Assembly (NCBI GenBank): GCA_951406725.2
Contig: OX597816.1
Coordinates: 120,776,001-120,840,000 of the forward strand
From: Octopus vulgaris
Taxonomy: Eukaryota
DNA: 64,000 nt
Direction: 5' to 3'
The position numbers and the translations under genes were made by a program. Positions 41,975-54,772 of this stretch are shown here, piece by piece (within the stretch, counting starts at the first letter, position 1; every line of letters starts with the position of its first letter). Below the pieces are notes generated by a model, which ran no database searches, had not been told where the DNA came from, and saw only the letters and a list, made by a program, of their open reading frames with translations.

Positions 41975-42587
41975 TTAATAATAATAACAATCCCTTCTAC
42001 TCTAGACACAAGGTCTGATATTTAGTGGGAGGAGACTGGTTGATTACATTGACCCCAGTATTTTACTGGTACTTTATCGACCTTGAAAAGATGAAAGGCA
42101 AAGTCAACCTCAGTGGAATTTGAACCTGGAATATAAAAACAGATGAAATGCTGTAAAGCATTTTGTCCGGCATGCTAATGATTCTACTGCTGATAATACT
42201 TTTTAATGAAGAATATGACTTCCTACCCCTTAAAAAATTCAAACAAATTGATAATTATTTGTTGTTAACAAAGGAGAGCTCTCACCTTTCTTGTTCAATT
42301 TTTGATTTGGAGAAATGTTATAACATAAGGATAGTTACTGTTGTTTAACCTCAGCTCAGCTCTCATCAAACAGAGCTATGATCAACAGTGTTTTGGCTAT
42401 GGCTATAACATTTTGTGCTTTTCTACTCAGACATTGTGTATCTAGGATTACATTATCCAATGTGTACTTTTTATTTTAAGACAGCAGGATGTAATTTGAA
42501 TGAATTTTGGCTTTCATTTCTTTCAGGTTGGCCAACTGGATAGTAATTTCCTTGTTGGTTCAAGAGATATTTGTTAGAATGTTTAAG

Positions 42588-42967
42588 AGGTGCAGGAGTG
42601 GCTGTGTGGTAAGTAGCTTGCTTAACAACCACATGGTTCTGGGTTCAGTCCCACTGCGTGGCACCTTGGGCAAGTGTCTTCTACTATAGCCTCAGGCCTT
42701 GTGAGTGGATTTGGTAGACAGAAACTGAAAGAAGCCCATTGTACATATGTATATATACGTGTGTGTGTGTTTGTCCCCACAACATTGTTCGACAACCGAT
42801 GCTGGTGTGTCTACACCCCTGTAACTTAGCGGTTTGGCAAAAGAGTCTGATAGAATAAGTACTAGGCTTACAAAGAATAAGTCCTGGGGTTGATTTGCTC
42901 GACTAAAGGTGGTGCTCTAGCATGGCCACAGTCAAATGACTGAAACAAGTAAAAGAGTAAAAAGAGT
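42588..42967 (+). mobile_element. SINE family A, full-length reference copy
   Basis: tRNA-like head (TGGCTGTGTGGTAAG...GGTTCAGTCCC), CCTTGGGCAAGT segment, internal TA/TG tract and a 3' end ATGACTGAAACAAG(TAAAAGAG)n. More than 15 partial copies occur in the window. Confidence 0.85.
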
Positions 42968-43150
42968 AAACAACTATAAGTTTTGCTCAATAGGTAAAAT
43001 GACAAAGCTGGTGAGATAATGAATTGCTACTTATAGGCAGTGAGCTCAAACATTTCTTGCAGTTTCCAGACATAACTCTTTATTTTACAATGCATCATCA
43101 GTCCATCAAGCTGTTTGGAATAGATTAACAATTTGTTTTATCTATTGAAA

Positions 43151-43185
<35 letters not shown>

Positions 43186-43458
43186 TACTTCAAATCATTA
43201 AACGAGAACCAAAACACTGACCCTTAAGAATCCCTTGGTGTTATGTAATCTGTTGTTATTTATTCTCTGATTGGGCAAGAATATGCTCAAAATCCTTTCA
43301 GTTATGACCATCCTGTCATTTTAAGAATGTGTAAGGCTGTGTGTTCTTTCTTTATTCAAAATTTGGGTGTGGTTTGAGGGAGATTTGGCTGTTATTCCTA
43401 GTGGATCAAAAAACCATGCTGAGGCACTTCCATCAGCTTGTTGGTATTTACATTATGT

Positions 43459-43695
43459 TGGCGGCAAGCTGGCAGACACGTTAGCATGCCGGGCGAAATG
43501 CGTAGCCGTATTTCGTTCGCCGTTACGTTCTGAGTTCAAATTCTGCCGAGGTCGACTTTGTCTTTCATCCTTTTGGGGTTGATAAATTAAGTACCAGTTA
43601 CGCACTGGAGTCGATGTAATCGACTTAATACCTATGTCTGTCCTTGTTTGTCCCCTCTATGTTTAGCCCCTTGTGGGTAATAAAGAAATAGGTAT
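43459..43695 (+). mobile_element. SINE family B, young copy
   Basis: GGCGGCAAGCTGGCAGA...GAGTTCAAATTCTGCCGAGGTCGACTTTGTCTTTCATCC...AAGTACCAG...AATAAAGAAATA; GGTATTTACATTAT is repeated on both sides, a likely TSD. Confidence 0.8.
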
Positions 43696-44434
43696 TTACA
43701 TTATATTACTGGTTCTGCAGTACGTTGCTGGTGCTGTTCCAGCATGGCCACAGTCAAATGACTGAAACAAGTAAAAGAGTATATATTTTGGTTTTTAAAA
43801 TAAGTTATTTCATTTTATTCATATTGTACTGCATTATGTTACCTGTACTCAGATCTGTATAATATCAACATTCTGGTAATGCTGTCATGAAATTTAGGAC
43901 TTAAAGCATGTCCTCAGGGATTGGTGTTATAAGAACATTGAAACCTCTGCTTCAGATGCCAAGCTTCTGATTTCAAGCCCTGACTATGGAATTGTGTTTG
44001 AAAAGTGTACTGGAGGATTACCAGGACCTGAACCAAATATTAAAAAAAAAATTAGTAACATGTAAGGTGATGTCAGATTTTAAGATACTAGTAGAAGAAC
44101 TGCTGCTACTACTACTACTACTACAGGTGCATATTTACTATAAAGTAATTCAACTACAGTTTTTATTTACATTCCTAGACCAAGTGCTATTTGTCAATAT
44201 TACATGTCAGATTTCTATTTAATAGCAGGTGAAAAAAAAAAGTCACTGAATATGTTCTTTCTCTTCTGTTTGCCCTGTTGTCAACAGCTAAACTTTTAAT
44301 TTGCTGAGTTAGGGGAGATGCCATACCCCACCTTCACTGATTGCTGAACTCTTCCCATCGACTGTCAAATGCTTGCTTGTTGTTTACCTACTAAATCAAG
44401 TTCTTTTATTACTTTCTTGGTAAGTGAATATTTT

Positions 44435-45255
44435 AGGTGTGGCTGTGTGGTAAGATGCTTGCTTCCCAACCACATGGTTCCAGGTTCAGCCCCACTGCGT
44501 GGCACCTTGGGCAAGTGTCTACTATAGCCCTAGGCTGACCAAACCTTGTGAGTGGGTTTGGTAGACAGAAACTGAAAGAAGCCTGTCGTATATATACATA
44601 CATACATATATATGGAGGCACAATGGCCCAGTGGTTAGGGCAGCGGACTCACGGTCATAGGATCGCGGTTTCGATTCCCAGACCGGGCGTTGTGAGTGTT
44701 TATTGAGCGAAAATACCTAAAAGCTCCACGAGGCTCCGGCAGGGGATGGTGGTGATCCCTGCTGTACTCTTTCACCACAACTTTCTCTCACTCTTACTTC
44801 CTGTTTCTGTTGTACCTGTATTTCAAGGGGCCGGCCTTGTCACTCTCTGTGTTACGCTGAATATCCCCGAGAACTACGTTAAGGGTACACTTGTCTGTGG
44901 AGTGCTCAGCCACTTACACGTTAATTTCACGAGCAGGCTGTTCCGTTGATTCGGATCAACCGGAACCCTTATCGTCGTAACCGATGGAGTGCTTCCACAC
45001 ATACATACATATATATATGTTTGTATGTATGTGTGTGTCTTTGTGTTTGTGGTTGTTCGCCCCCCCCCCCATCACTGCTTGATAACTGGTGTTGGTGTGA
45101 TATGTCTCCATAACTTAGTGGTTCAGTAAAAGAAACCAGTAGAATAAGTACTAGGCTTAAAAAATAAACCCTTGGGTTTAATTGTTCAACTAAACCCTTC
45201 TAAGGTGGTGCTACAGCATGGCTGCAGTCAAATGACTGAAACAAGTAAAAGAGTT
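44435..45255 (+). mobile_element. SINE family A interrupted by a younger SINE
   Basis: The 5' half (44435-44612) and 3' half (45000-45255) are colinear with 42588-42967. Confidence 0.8.
44614..44997 (+). mobile_element. tRNA(Arg-like)-derived SINE, young, CpG-rich
   Basis: GGAGGCACAATGGCCCAGTGGTTAGGGCAGCGGAC...GGTTTCGATTCCC head; the first ~180 nt are shared with 61867-62169; inserted in the CATA/TA tract of a SINE-A. Confidence 0.8.
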
Positions 45256-45399
45256 TATATTTTCATTTCTAAAATGTTATTTTATTTTACTCTTATTGTT
45301 AATTTTTAACTTTAAAATCCTCATCAACATTGCCATCTTATTGTCCACTTTTCCATGCTTGCATGCTTGCTTTGCTACATGCTCTTGCTTGCTGGGGCT

Positions 45400-45600
45400 G
45401 AGGTCATCCCAGATTAGTGGTCCCAGAAACATCATCACATGTAGAGCCAACCAGGTCTACCAGTGCTCTTCATTACTGGCAGTCCCAAGCCAGCCTCTCT
45501 GCATCCTCCAAGGTGATGTCGAATCTCTGGAGATCTTCCCCAATCATGTCCAGCCATCTGGTATTGGGCCTGCCACCAGGCCTCTTCTAGCCTACAGCGG
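45400..45600 (-). pseudogene. RTE-type ORF C-terminal relic (third family)
   Basis: G*KRPGGRPNTRWLDMI..DLQRFDITLEDAERLAWD...RALV matches the GWKRPRGRP..RW.D...DL...A.DR..WR.LV pattern. Confidence 0.55.
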
Positions 45601-46809
45601 CTGACCTATGAAATGACTCCCACCTCAAAGAATAAATGACAGAAATGAAGGAGCTTCTATTTGGACACTTGACCTGATAGAAGTAGCTGTCAAATCTACT
45701 TCAAAATACATTTGAGTGTTGTAAATGAGGATGAAGTCATAAGTGTGTCATCTTAAAATATACATTCACTGGAAAACAATGGGTTAGTGATTGCTGGAAC
45801 GTTTTTGATCAGAGGTCTGTATGATTAGTATACTGTATGATTGTGATACTTAATTGATACTTATTTGATTGACATTGGAAGGTTGAAAGATAAAATCATT
45901 TGATCTATGGTTGTCCAAGACCTTATCCACCAACCATCTTACTTTTACTAAATTAGGTTGGTCTGATTCCTGCTTGAGACAGAACGAATTGTTAAGAATT
46001 CACCAAATTCCTGAAGAAATGTTAGAAACAATTTTTTCTCTCTCTTTTCTTTCTTCTATTAGTTGTTTATTAAAATTTCTAATACAGTTCTTGTCAGCTA
46101 ACCATATTCTGAAGGCTTCATAGAAAATAAAATCTGTATTGCCTATACTGTTGTGTCTTACATATTACAGTTAATGGGCATGAGAAAGAGGGAGAGAAAA
46201 GGACTTATTGTTAGAATTTTCAGTTTGAATTTCTAGCTAATTCAGTTTACTTAGATTGCAGCATTCTGGAGAAATAAATGAATACTTCAAAATCTCCATA
46301 TGTCATCATCATCATTTCTATATCCATTTTTCTCCATGCTTGCATATTTTGGATAAAGCTCCTCCAGCACAGTTCCTTGCCATTTGTTGTGATCTATGGT
46401 TATCTTCTCTGTGAAGTTTAACCTCCTACGATCAGTCCACCATTTTCACTATCTTCCTTGTCTTTCTCTCCATAGATTCTTTTACCTAGAATCAGTTGAC
46501 ACTTCTTTGCCCAACCATTCTCCTCCATACACATCACATGTTTGCATCATTGTAGTCTTTTCCCTTACATACTCCATCTGATTCCTCTCACATGGGGCTG
46601 GGAACTGGGGGTGCAAGTGCACTTCCTAATATATTTTGGAGAGGCAAAATCAAAATTTCCACCCCTACTGGTTTTTCTCAGATTTAGAAAAGAGTGCATC
46701 AAAAGTGATCTGTAAAAAGTAGCTTGAAGGTAGGTTTCTTCTTAAAGAACAAAGAACAAAAATTGATAAACAAACAATGTTTATAAAAATTTTGAACCTG
46801 GGTTTGTAC

Positions 46810-46910
46810 CTTCTAAGCAAATTCCTTTCCAACCCTCTCACATCCTCCACATTCAATGCCCATGTTTTGCTGCCATGTAATATCACACTTCATACACAAT
46901 CATTGTACAA
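46810..46910 (-). pseudogene. Small RTE ORF relic
   Basis: ILHGSKTWALNVEDVRGLERN matches [21 protein letters not shown] of the 16617-17417 ORF. Confidence 0.6.
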
Positions 46911-48707
46911 TATAATAATTTCTGCCTTTCACTCAGAGGCAGAAGCTCTGTGTTGCCAGTAGGGCCTCTATGAATCTAATACCTTGTATCTCTGAGAAGC
47001 TACAGTTATTGCTATTTTTATCTTTTGGCAGAATTGTTAGTGTTGGGAAACACACTTTGTCATCTCTTTCTGGTTCTTTATGTTCTGAGTTCAAATTTCA
47101 CCTGTCAACTTTGCATTTCATCCTTTGGGGGTTAATAAAATACCCCACCTCCTAAAATTGCTGACCTTGAAACAACAGGTTAGTGGCACTTTCTCCAGCT
47201 CTTTACAATCTGAGTTCATGTTCAACCGAGGTTGACTTTTGGGGGTCAATAAAATAAGGTACCAGTCAAGTACTGAGGCAAATTCAATTGGTTCTTCCCT
47301 CCCATTAAAACTGCTAGCCTTGTATCAAGATTTGAAAGAATTGTTGTTGCTATTGCTGCTGCTGCACCATTCATATACCAGGGGCAGATTAGATCAAATA
47401 CATCCCACCCTCAGAACTTGTGGTTTTGTGTCTATGATAGGAATTATTATCATTATTAATTAATTTATTTATTTATTAATATATTTATTTATTCATTTAA
47501 TTATTTATCTATTTAGTTGTGTTAATTTTTATTATATGCCAATATTGACTGTAGAGTTGAAATCGGTTACCTCATGTTACATCTCTGGGGTTTCTATCTG
47601 ATTCAAGTGCACTGAAAGAAACACCTGGGTAGATCAGCTGGTGCACACACACACACACACACAGTTGTACTTCTTTGGTGAGTAGCCAAATTTTCTACCT
47701 TAGCACTTAGAGGAAAGTTCATAACACTATACTACCTTTTTTTTTTTTTTAGCTCTACAATCATCTGCGCTTACTCTACACAGCAGCAAACTGTGTTGGT
47801 CTAGGTGTGTATATACATATAATAATGAAATGTGTTTTGGGTTAATATTCTCAAGTGTTTCTTGTAGTTGAGCATAAACTATATTTTCTTAAAGTCTTGT
47901 GTGTGAGTTATTATACGAATATGTGTGTGTGTATGTATGTTGTACTTTATATTCATATTCACATACAATTAAACATACACAGAAGATAGTCATGTACTTA
48001 TGTATATATTTGCTTCGTGATAGAAGTAAAATTAGTAGTATTTGTAAGTTTATATTTCTCAGTATTTTGGGATGTTATATAAGTATATATAGACACTTAC
48101 ATGTATTACACAACTAGGTTAAGATTCATGGAGACACTTATATGATATATTTCATTGTACTATATATGTGGGTTTATATATTTACATGAATATGCATTAT
48201 CTATCATATATTTTTTTACTGGCTGCAATCCAATGACTGTAGCAATGCTTATGGTTGTACAGCTTTAAAGAGTTTACTGCCTATACTTATTCCAGTCGGA
48301 TACTTATTTTATTGATTTCTGTTCGTTAAACTGCTTAGTTTTGGGAAATATGGATCATCATGTTTTAAAGTCTGCTTTTCCATGCTCACAAGTGTCAGGT
48401 GGAAAAAATTGTGCTTCTCAACTACTTTGTTTGGAATTCGGTCTCCACTTCCAGTCCTGTCCTCTTGGGCATGTGTCTTCTACTCTAAGACCCAGGTTGA
48501 CTAAAACCTTATAAGTGGATCTGGGGTAAATGGAAACTGAAAGTAGCCTGTCATATCTATCTACCCCAGGTCAACTAAAGCCATGTGAGTGGATTTGGTA
48601 GATGGAATCTGCAAGAAGTTCATCATACATATGTGTATGTGTGTGTGTACATGTGTGCACATATATACATGTATGTATGTGTGTGTGTGTTTGTATTTAC
48701 CTATCTT

Positions 48708-49035
48708 GATATCTTCAGTCATGAATGACCATGGGATTGCTCCTAGAAAGTTACTCTCCAAGGCACAAGTCTGGGCAAGTTTGTGTGTACAAGTCCAGCA
48801 TTTACCCATACATACCAGCCTTTCCTCTCCATGCCACTGATGTTATCCAAGGGAAAGGCAAGGGCCAATACAGCTTGGCACAGTGACATCACAATTCATT
48901 TCTACAGCTGAATGAACTGGAGCAATGTGAAATAAAATGTCTTGCTTAAGAACACAACACACAGCCTGGTCCGGAAATTGAACTCCCATCCACGATAGTA
49001 AGTCTAGTACTCTAACCACTAAATCATGTGCCTTC
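48708..49035 (-). mobile_element. SINE with family-C head and a distinct 3' module
   Basis: The minus strand has GGCACATGATTTAGTGGTTAGAG head, TGTGTTCTTAAGCAAGACATTTTATTTCAC middle, then GTGCCAAGCTGTATTGGCCC...GCAATCCCATGGTCATTCATGAC. Confidence 0.6.
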
Positions 49036-49404
49036 ACTGTCTTGAAATTACATGACACACATTATTTATAATTGAACATCACCATCACATAAGTAGTCTC
49101 TTCTTTGCCTCCAGTCTTTTGTGAAAACATCTTTCAGTGCGGGAAATATTACCTTGCCAGAAAACTGGTGATGGTTGGCAACAGGAAAAGCATCTGGTCA
49201 TAGGAAATCTACCTCAAAAGAATTCTGCCTGACTCATGAAACCATGGAAAATGGACATTGAAACCAGTACATATTTCTCAACAATAACCTTGTTGGATGT
49301 TTGAGCTCAGAAAAGAGATTCACCAATGTGCCAATCAATAATTTGCTTAATTTTCAAATTGTGAACAGTGTGGTGTAAGTGCGCTTGTCTTTTGCAAACT
49401 TATA

Positions 49405-49832
49405 TTGCGAAGACCTGTTGAGGCAAGTGAAATTGAAATCAAATTTGATGACTGGCACCCATGCTAGCAGGGTGCAAAGAGCACCATACGAGTGTGATCA
49501 TCGACAGAGCGGCTAACTGGCTTCCGTGCCAGTGGCACATAAAAGGCACCATTCAAGCGTGATCATTACCAGCGTCGCCTCACTGGCACATGTAAAAACA
49601 TTCGAGCAAGGTCATTGCCAGTACCACCTGACTGGTCCCCGTGCCGGTGGCATGTAAAAGCACCCACTATACTCTCGGAGTGGTTGGCATTAGGAAGGGC
49701 ATCCAGCTGTAGAAACTCTGCTAGATCAAGATTGGAGCCTTGTGCAGCCATCCGGTTCGCCAGCCCTCAGTCAAATCGTCCAACCCAAGTTAGCATGGAA
49801 AGCGGATGTTAAACGATGACGATGGTGATGAT
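49405..49832 (+). mobile_element. RTE 3' UTR fragment
   Basis: GAAGACCTGTTGAGGCAAGTGAAA, internal repeat units and the (GAT)n tail; closely similar to 5115-5583. Confidence 0.8.
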
Positions 49833-51774
49833 ATTCCAATCAATGTAGGTTTTGGAAGTTTATTCTGTGCATTATTTAACCATGTGCAGAAAGCTCTTAT
49901 CTTTTGTTTGTTTCAAAGGGAAAAAATTGTCCCTGAAATTATGCTATTGTAACAACAACAAAATAACCCCAATTTGATATCTAATTTTGGCATACTGTGA
50001 CAAATATAGGTCAGTAAGGAATGTAGCTGAATTAATTAATCTCAGCACTTGATGAATACTTTTATTATTGACTCCAGAGAAATGAAAAGCAAAGATAACC
50101 TTTGCAGAATTTGAACTCAGACCATTATTATCTTCATTGTCATTTTATGCCCGCGTTTCATAATGTCATGGATTGGTCAGATTATAACAGTCTGAGTCAT
50201 TTCTTACTGGGAGCCACTACTTCTAAACACTGGTGCGTTGCTCTTATGTGTCTTTTGGCTTGGTCTCTACAGCTGGATGCCCTTCCTAGTGTATTGGGTG
50301 CATTTTTTCTTGTGGCACCAGTGCTAGAAAAGTTGAAAAATCCATGATGTGACAGGATCAAAAGACTTCAGAACTATATACTTTGTTCATTGCCAATCAC
50401 TTTGCAATGTGTGCTTGGATGCATTTCTATGGCACCAGTGCTAGGGAGATTGCCTTGCTTACCAATCACTTTAAAAGGAATATAATGAGGCAGGGCATGC
50501 TTTCTTTCATGGTTCCAGCACAGAAGGAGATGGGTGCTTTGTACACAGTAAATGTAGAGAATAGTCAGCAACCTAAGAGGAGTAGACTGAAAACAAGAAT
50601 CAAAGGGAGAGTGATGACTGCAGAAAGGCCAGGAATGGATGGGTAAGAAGAAAGAGTGTAAGTGTGGAGAGTCGATAAGCTTAGCCATGTACATTTGCTC
50701 AGGTGACTGAAGAGAAGAATCAGAGAGAGTGCAATGACACCAAGAGAACTAAAATGGATGGATATAAAAACCAAAAGTATGATAGAAAAAGGCAAAGATA
50801 TTTGGGGTTAGAATCAAGAGACAACTTATTGGTAATAGCAGAAGTGGACAAAGTTAAAGGTAGGTGATAGGTGGTAGTAGAACATACATCATCATTGTTA
50901 TCACTATCATTGTCATCAACACTGGCATGGGTTGGACTGTTTGACATGATCTGACAAATCAGAGGACTGAGTTGAGCTCCAATGTTTGTTGCTTTAACAG
51001 GACATCTATAGATGGATGCCCTTCCTAACTTGATTATATATATATATATATGATTGTGGTCATACTATGGTTCTTTCTTAGAAGGTAGCACCGTAGTATG
51101 GCCAGCAATTGAAACCAGTTAAGACACAAGGAGCAGATGTACCTAAATAATAGAAGGCATTTGTCAGGAGCCCCACATCATCCCTGATCAAGCAGATCTA
51201 TGACCAAAGGTGTTTTAATCACAATCATCTTGACTATTTCTTATTATCCAAAGTATTTTTCTTTTTTTTTCGTTGAGAACACCAAAAAGGAGACAGCAAG
51301 TGTGAGTTGACAGGGATATGGCTGTTATTTCTAGCATATCAAGCTACTGCATATACTTCTTTATTGCTTCATGCTATGCCTGGTTCATAACTTTCCTTCA
51401 TATCTATTCATTCCTTGTCTTTGATATTTCTTTAGAAAACGTTATTTATTTTTCCTAATATCCAAATTATACTGATGCATATATATTTTGCTGCTTTTTC
51501 TGTTAGTTTAGATAATGTAGAAGATTCTTAGTTTTATTGGCAAGAACCTCTCTGGGTGTGCCAGATCCATAACAAAATGCACCCAATCCATGCTGTAATG
51601 TGGTTAGTGATAGGAAGAACAGGAGGATATTTTCCAACTAAGAAAACCAATTCAAAAGTAACATATACAACAGAATTAGCTAATTATTTCCCCCTCTTTT
51701 TGTTTGTACCAATTAAAGAAGCACTTCAGTGGTTGGTGAGATATGTGAAACTCATCTGATCCATGTCAGCTGGT

Positions 51775-52035
51775 GGAGGTATATGGCCTAGTGGTTAGGT
51801 TGTTGGACTCATGATCATAAGATTGTGGTTTCGATTCTTGAACCTGGTGATGTGCTGTGTTCTTGAGCAAAACATTTCATTTCATGTTGTTCCAGTCCAC
51901 TCAGCATGCAAAAATGAGTAAATTCTGTGATGGACTGGTGTCTCATCCAGCTGTGGAATATATACATCATGAAACTGGGAAACTGGTCCTTGTGGGTCAG
52001 CATGACTTAAGAAGATAACTTTGCTTTTTACTTTA
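51775..52035 (+). mobile_element. SINE family C
   Basis: Colinear with 38-290. Confidence 0.75.
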
Positions 52036-52111
52036 TATGTCAGTTGGGATAAATGTAAAATGATTTCTTTTTTTTGTTGTATTTTTATTCTTATACAGTT
52101 GATGAAACATC

Positions 52112-52525
52112 TTTTATCCTTCTTTTATATTTTACTTGTTTCAGTCATTAGACTGCAGCTATGCTGGGGCACTGCCTTGAAGAATTTTTAGCCAAATGAA
52201 TCGACTCCAATTCTTATATTTTTTTTAAGCTTGGTACTTATTCTATCAATCTCTTTTGCTGAACTACTAAGTTACAGGGATGTAAACACACCAACACCGA
52301 TTGTCAAGCAGTGGTAGAGACAAACACACGTACAAAGACACACACACATATATGTATATATATATACATATATATGGGCTTCTTTCAGTTTCCATCTACC
52401 AAATCCACTCATGAGGCTTTGGTTGGCTCAAGGTTATAGTAGAAGACACTTGCCCAAGGTGCCACACAGTGGGACTGAACCTGGAACCATGTGGTTGGGA
52501 AGCAAGCTTCATACCACACAGCCAC
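52112..52525 (-). mobile_element. SINE family A, full length
   Basis: Reverse complement of 42588-42967. Confidence 0.8.
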
Positions 52526-52917
52526 ATATACATGTAGCAATAATATTCATAAATAGTGGGAAAATGATTTAGTGAAAATGATTTCCTGTTAAGGAATTTT
52601 CTACTCCTTACCAAGGTGAACTTCTCAACTGTTGTTTTGTGGAACCCATTGTTTTTATCTTTTTTTCTATCTCTCTTTTACTCTCTCTTGGAAGTTCAAC
52701 AGATGAGCCGGAAAAGATGTATTACTTGCATTTTGTTTCTTTCTATCTTTCTTTTTTTAAAAAAAAATAAATACTGATAACACCTGAGATGCCATCTACA
52801 AATAAGTCACGTATGTATGTGTGTGTTTGTGTGAGTCTTTGAGTAATTCCTCTCTAAGCCATATTAATTTTGCTTCACTGCTAACAGATAGATAACTAGA
52901 GATAAGTAAACATGAAG

Positions 52918-52965
<48 letters not shown>

Positions 52966-53384
52966 TTCTGTTACTTACACATACATTTTCAGAGATTTGT
53001 TAAATAGCATATATTGCAAAACGCCATCAGTAACTATCTCTTGTATAGTAATAAACACTAAACTGCATACACACAGAACACATACACACACTTTAAGACT
53101 GTGAACACATATATCAGTAAATACATAGTGAACGTTCATAAGTAAATACATATACATAACCACACCCACATCGTATAGTAATTGAAAACATACACAGCCA
53201 TACACACACAACCACACCCTTCCATTTAATAATTCTAATTCTCCAGCTTACACATACCACTCCCTTTCGAATCTACTAATATTAAACATACATATGTACA
53301 CCCAGAAATACATCCTCAAACATTGCTATTTAACATAAATGTTGCTACCCAATATAATATGTACTTTTTTCTAGAATTTTTTAA

Positions 53385-53594
53385 CCCTTTAGCTTGCAGA
53401 TTACTGACAAATGTAATGCTTATATATTCACATTGTTTTGAATTTATTATGAATTATCTCATTACTTCAAGATTTTGATGATGTGACTAATGACATTGTA
53501 TGGTAAGTGTGAGAGACTAGATCTAGCCAGTTTGATTTAAAAAAAAACAGTTAAAATATTTGGGCCAGATATGGCCTATTTAAATGCTAAAGGG
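53385..53594. mobile_element. piggyBac-like MITE family 1
   Basis: TTAA|CCCTTTAGC...GCTAAAGGG|TTAA. Confidence 0.8.
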
Positions 53595-53699
53595 TTAAGC
53601 TAAAAATTACCAGTGTACATTATACATGAGTACTAGACCTTTATCCATTTACCAGTTCTAAGCATGTGGTCACATTTTGAATGGTGTAAGTTATATTAA

Positions 53700-54115
53700 T
53701 CTCTTTATTGCCTGCAGGGGGCAAAACACAGAGGGAACAAACAAGGACAGACAAAGAGATTAAGTCGATTACATTGACTCCAGTGTGTAACTGGTACTTA
53801 TTTAATCAATGCCGAAAGGATGAAAAGCAAAGTCGACCTCGGCAGAATTTGAACTCAGAACGTAAAGACAGATGAAATACCTATTTCTTTATTACCCACA
53901 AGGGGCTATACACAGAGGGGACAAACAAGGACAGACATAGGTATTAAGTCGATTACATCGACTCCAGTGCGTAACTGGTACTTAATTTATCGAGCCTGAA
54001 AGGATGAAAGGCAAAGTTGAGCTTGGCGGAATTTGAACTCAGAATGTAGTGGCAGACGAAATACTGTTAAGCATTTCGCTTGGCATTCTAACATTTCTAC
54101 CAGCCCGCTGCCTTA
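53700..54115 (-). mobile_element. SINE family B with tandemly duplicated 3' portion
   Basis: ACAGAGGGRACAAACAAGGACAGACA...GAACTCAGAA occurs twice, about 180 bp apart. Confidence 0.75.
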
Positions 54116-54772
54116 ATGGTATAAATTATATATACTGTCCAAACTAATTTATGTGTATTGTTGAGTTTAAATAATTTGAAAAATATATCTGAATTTAGGC
54201 ACAATGCTAGTACTATTGAGAGGGAGGGGATAGTTAGTTACACTGTAAGGCAGGTTTTAGGATGCTTGTGTGTGAAGTGCACTGCTGCATGGCAGTGAGG
54301 TGTGTATCTGAAATGTAGGGTAGCTGCAAAGATTAGAAAGAAGTGAGGTGAGTATGGTTTGCTAGATGTATCTACCATGTTAGTGAAGATTAACAGCAAA
54401 GTGTAAATGATCTGAGAGAAGTAATAAAGCTGGAGATGACAGAAGACTGTCAACTGGTGATATGCAGTACTGTAGAAAACCCAACCTCCTATGCAAGCTT
54501 GGCAGAATGCTCATAGTGTATATCCCCTCTTGTGTTATACCTATTCTATGCCATTGCATCTCCCCACCACCTTTTCTGCTATCTACAGTATCTATTATAT
54601 AGCCTCTCTTTTCCATCATCTTTTTCCTTACTTGGTGTACCATGCCACCCATAATTGAGTGGAAAGCACTTGGTCTGTACATATTGAATACCCCTATCTT
54701 TATTCTGGTTACCACACTCTTGGAACATCTGCCCCCACTGCTGATTAGGTCACCAAGCTAACAAAAATTATC

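Noticed and set aside
54240-54720. Possible old LINE coding relic on the minus strand
   Set aside because: Too degenerate to identify a diagnostic motif by eye.
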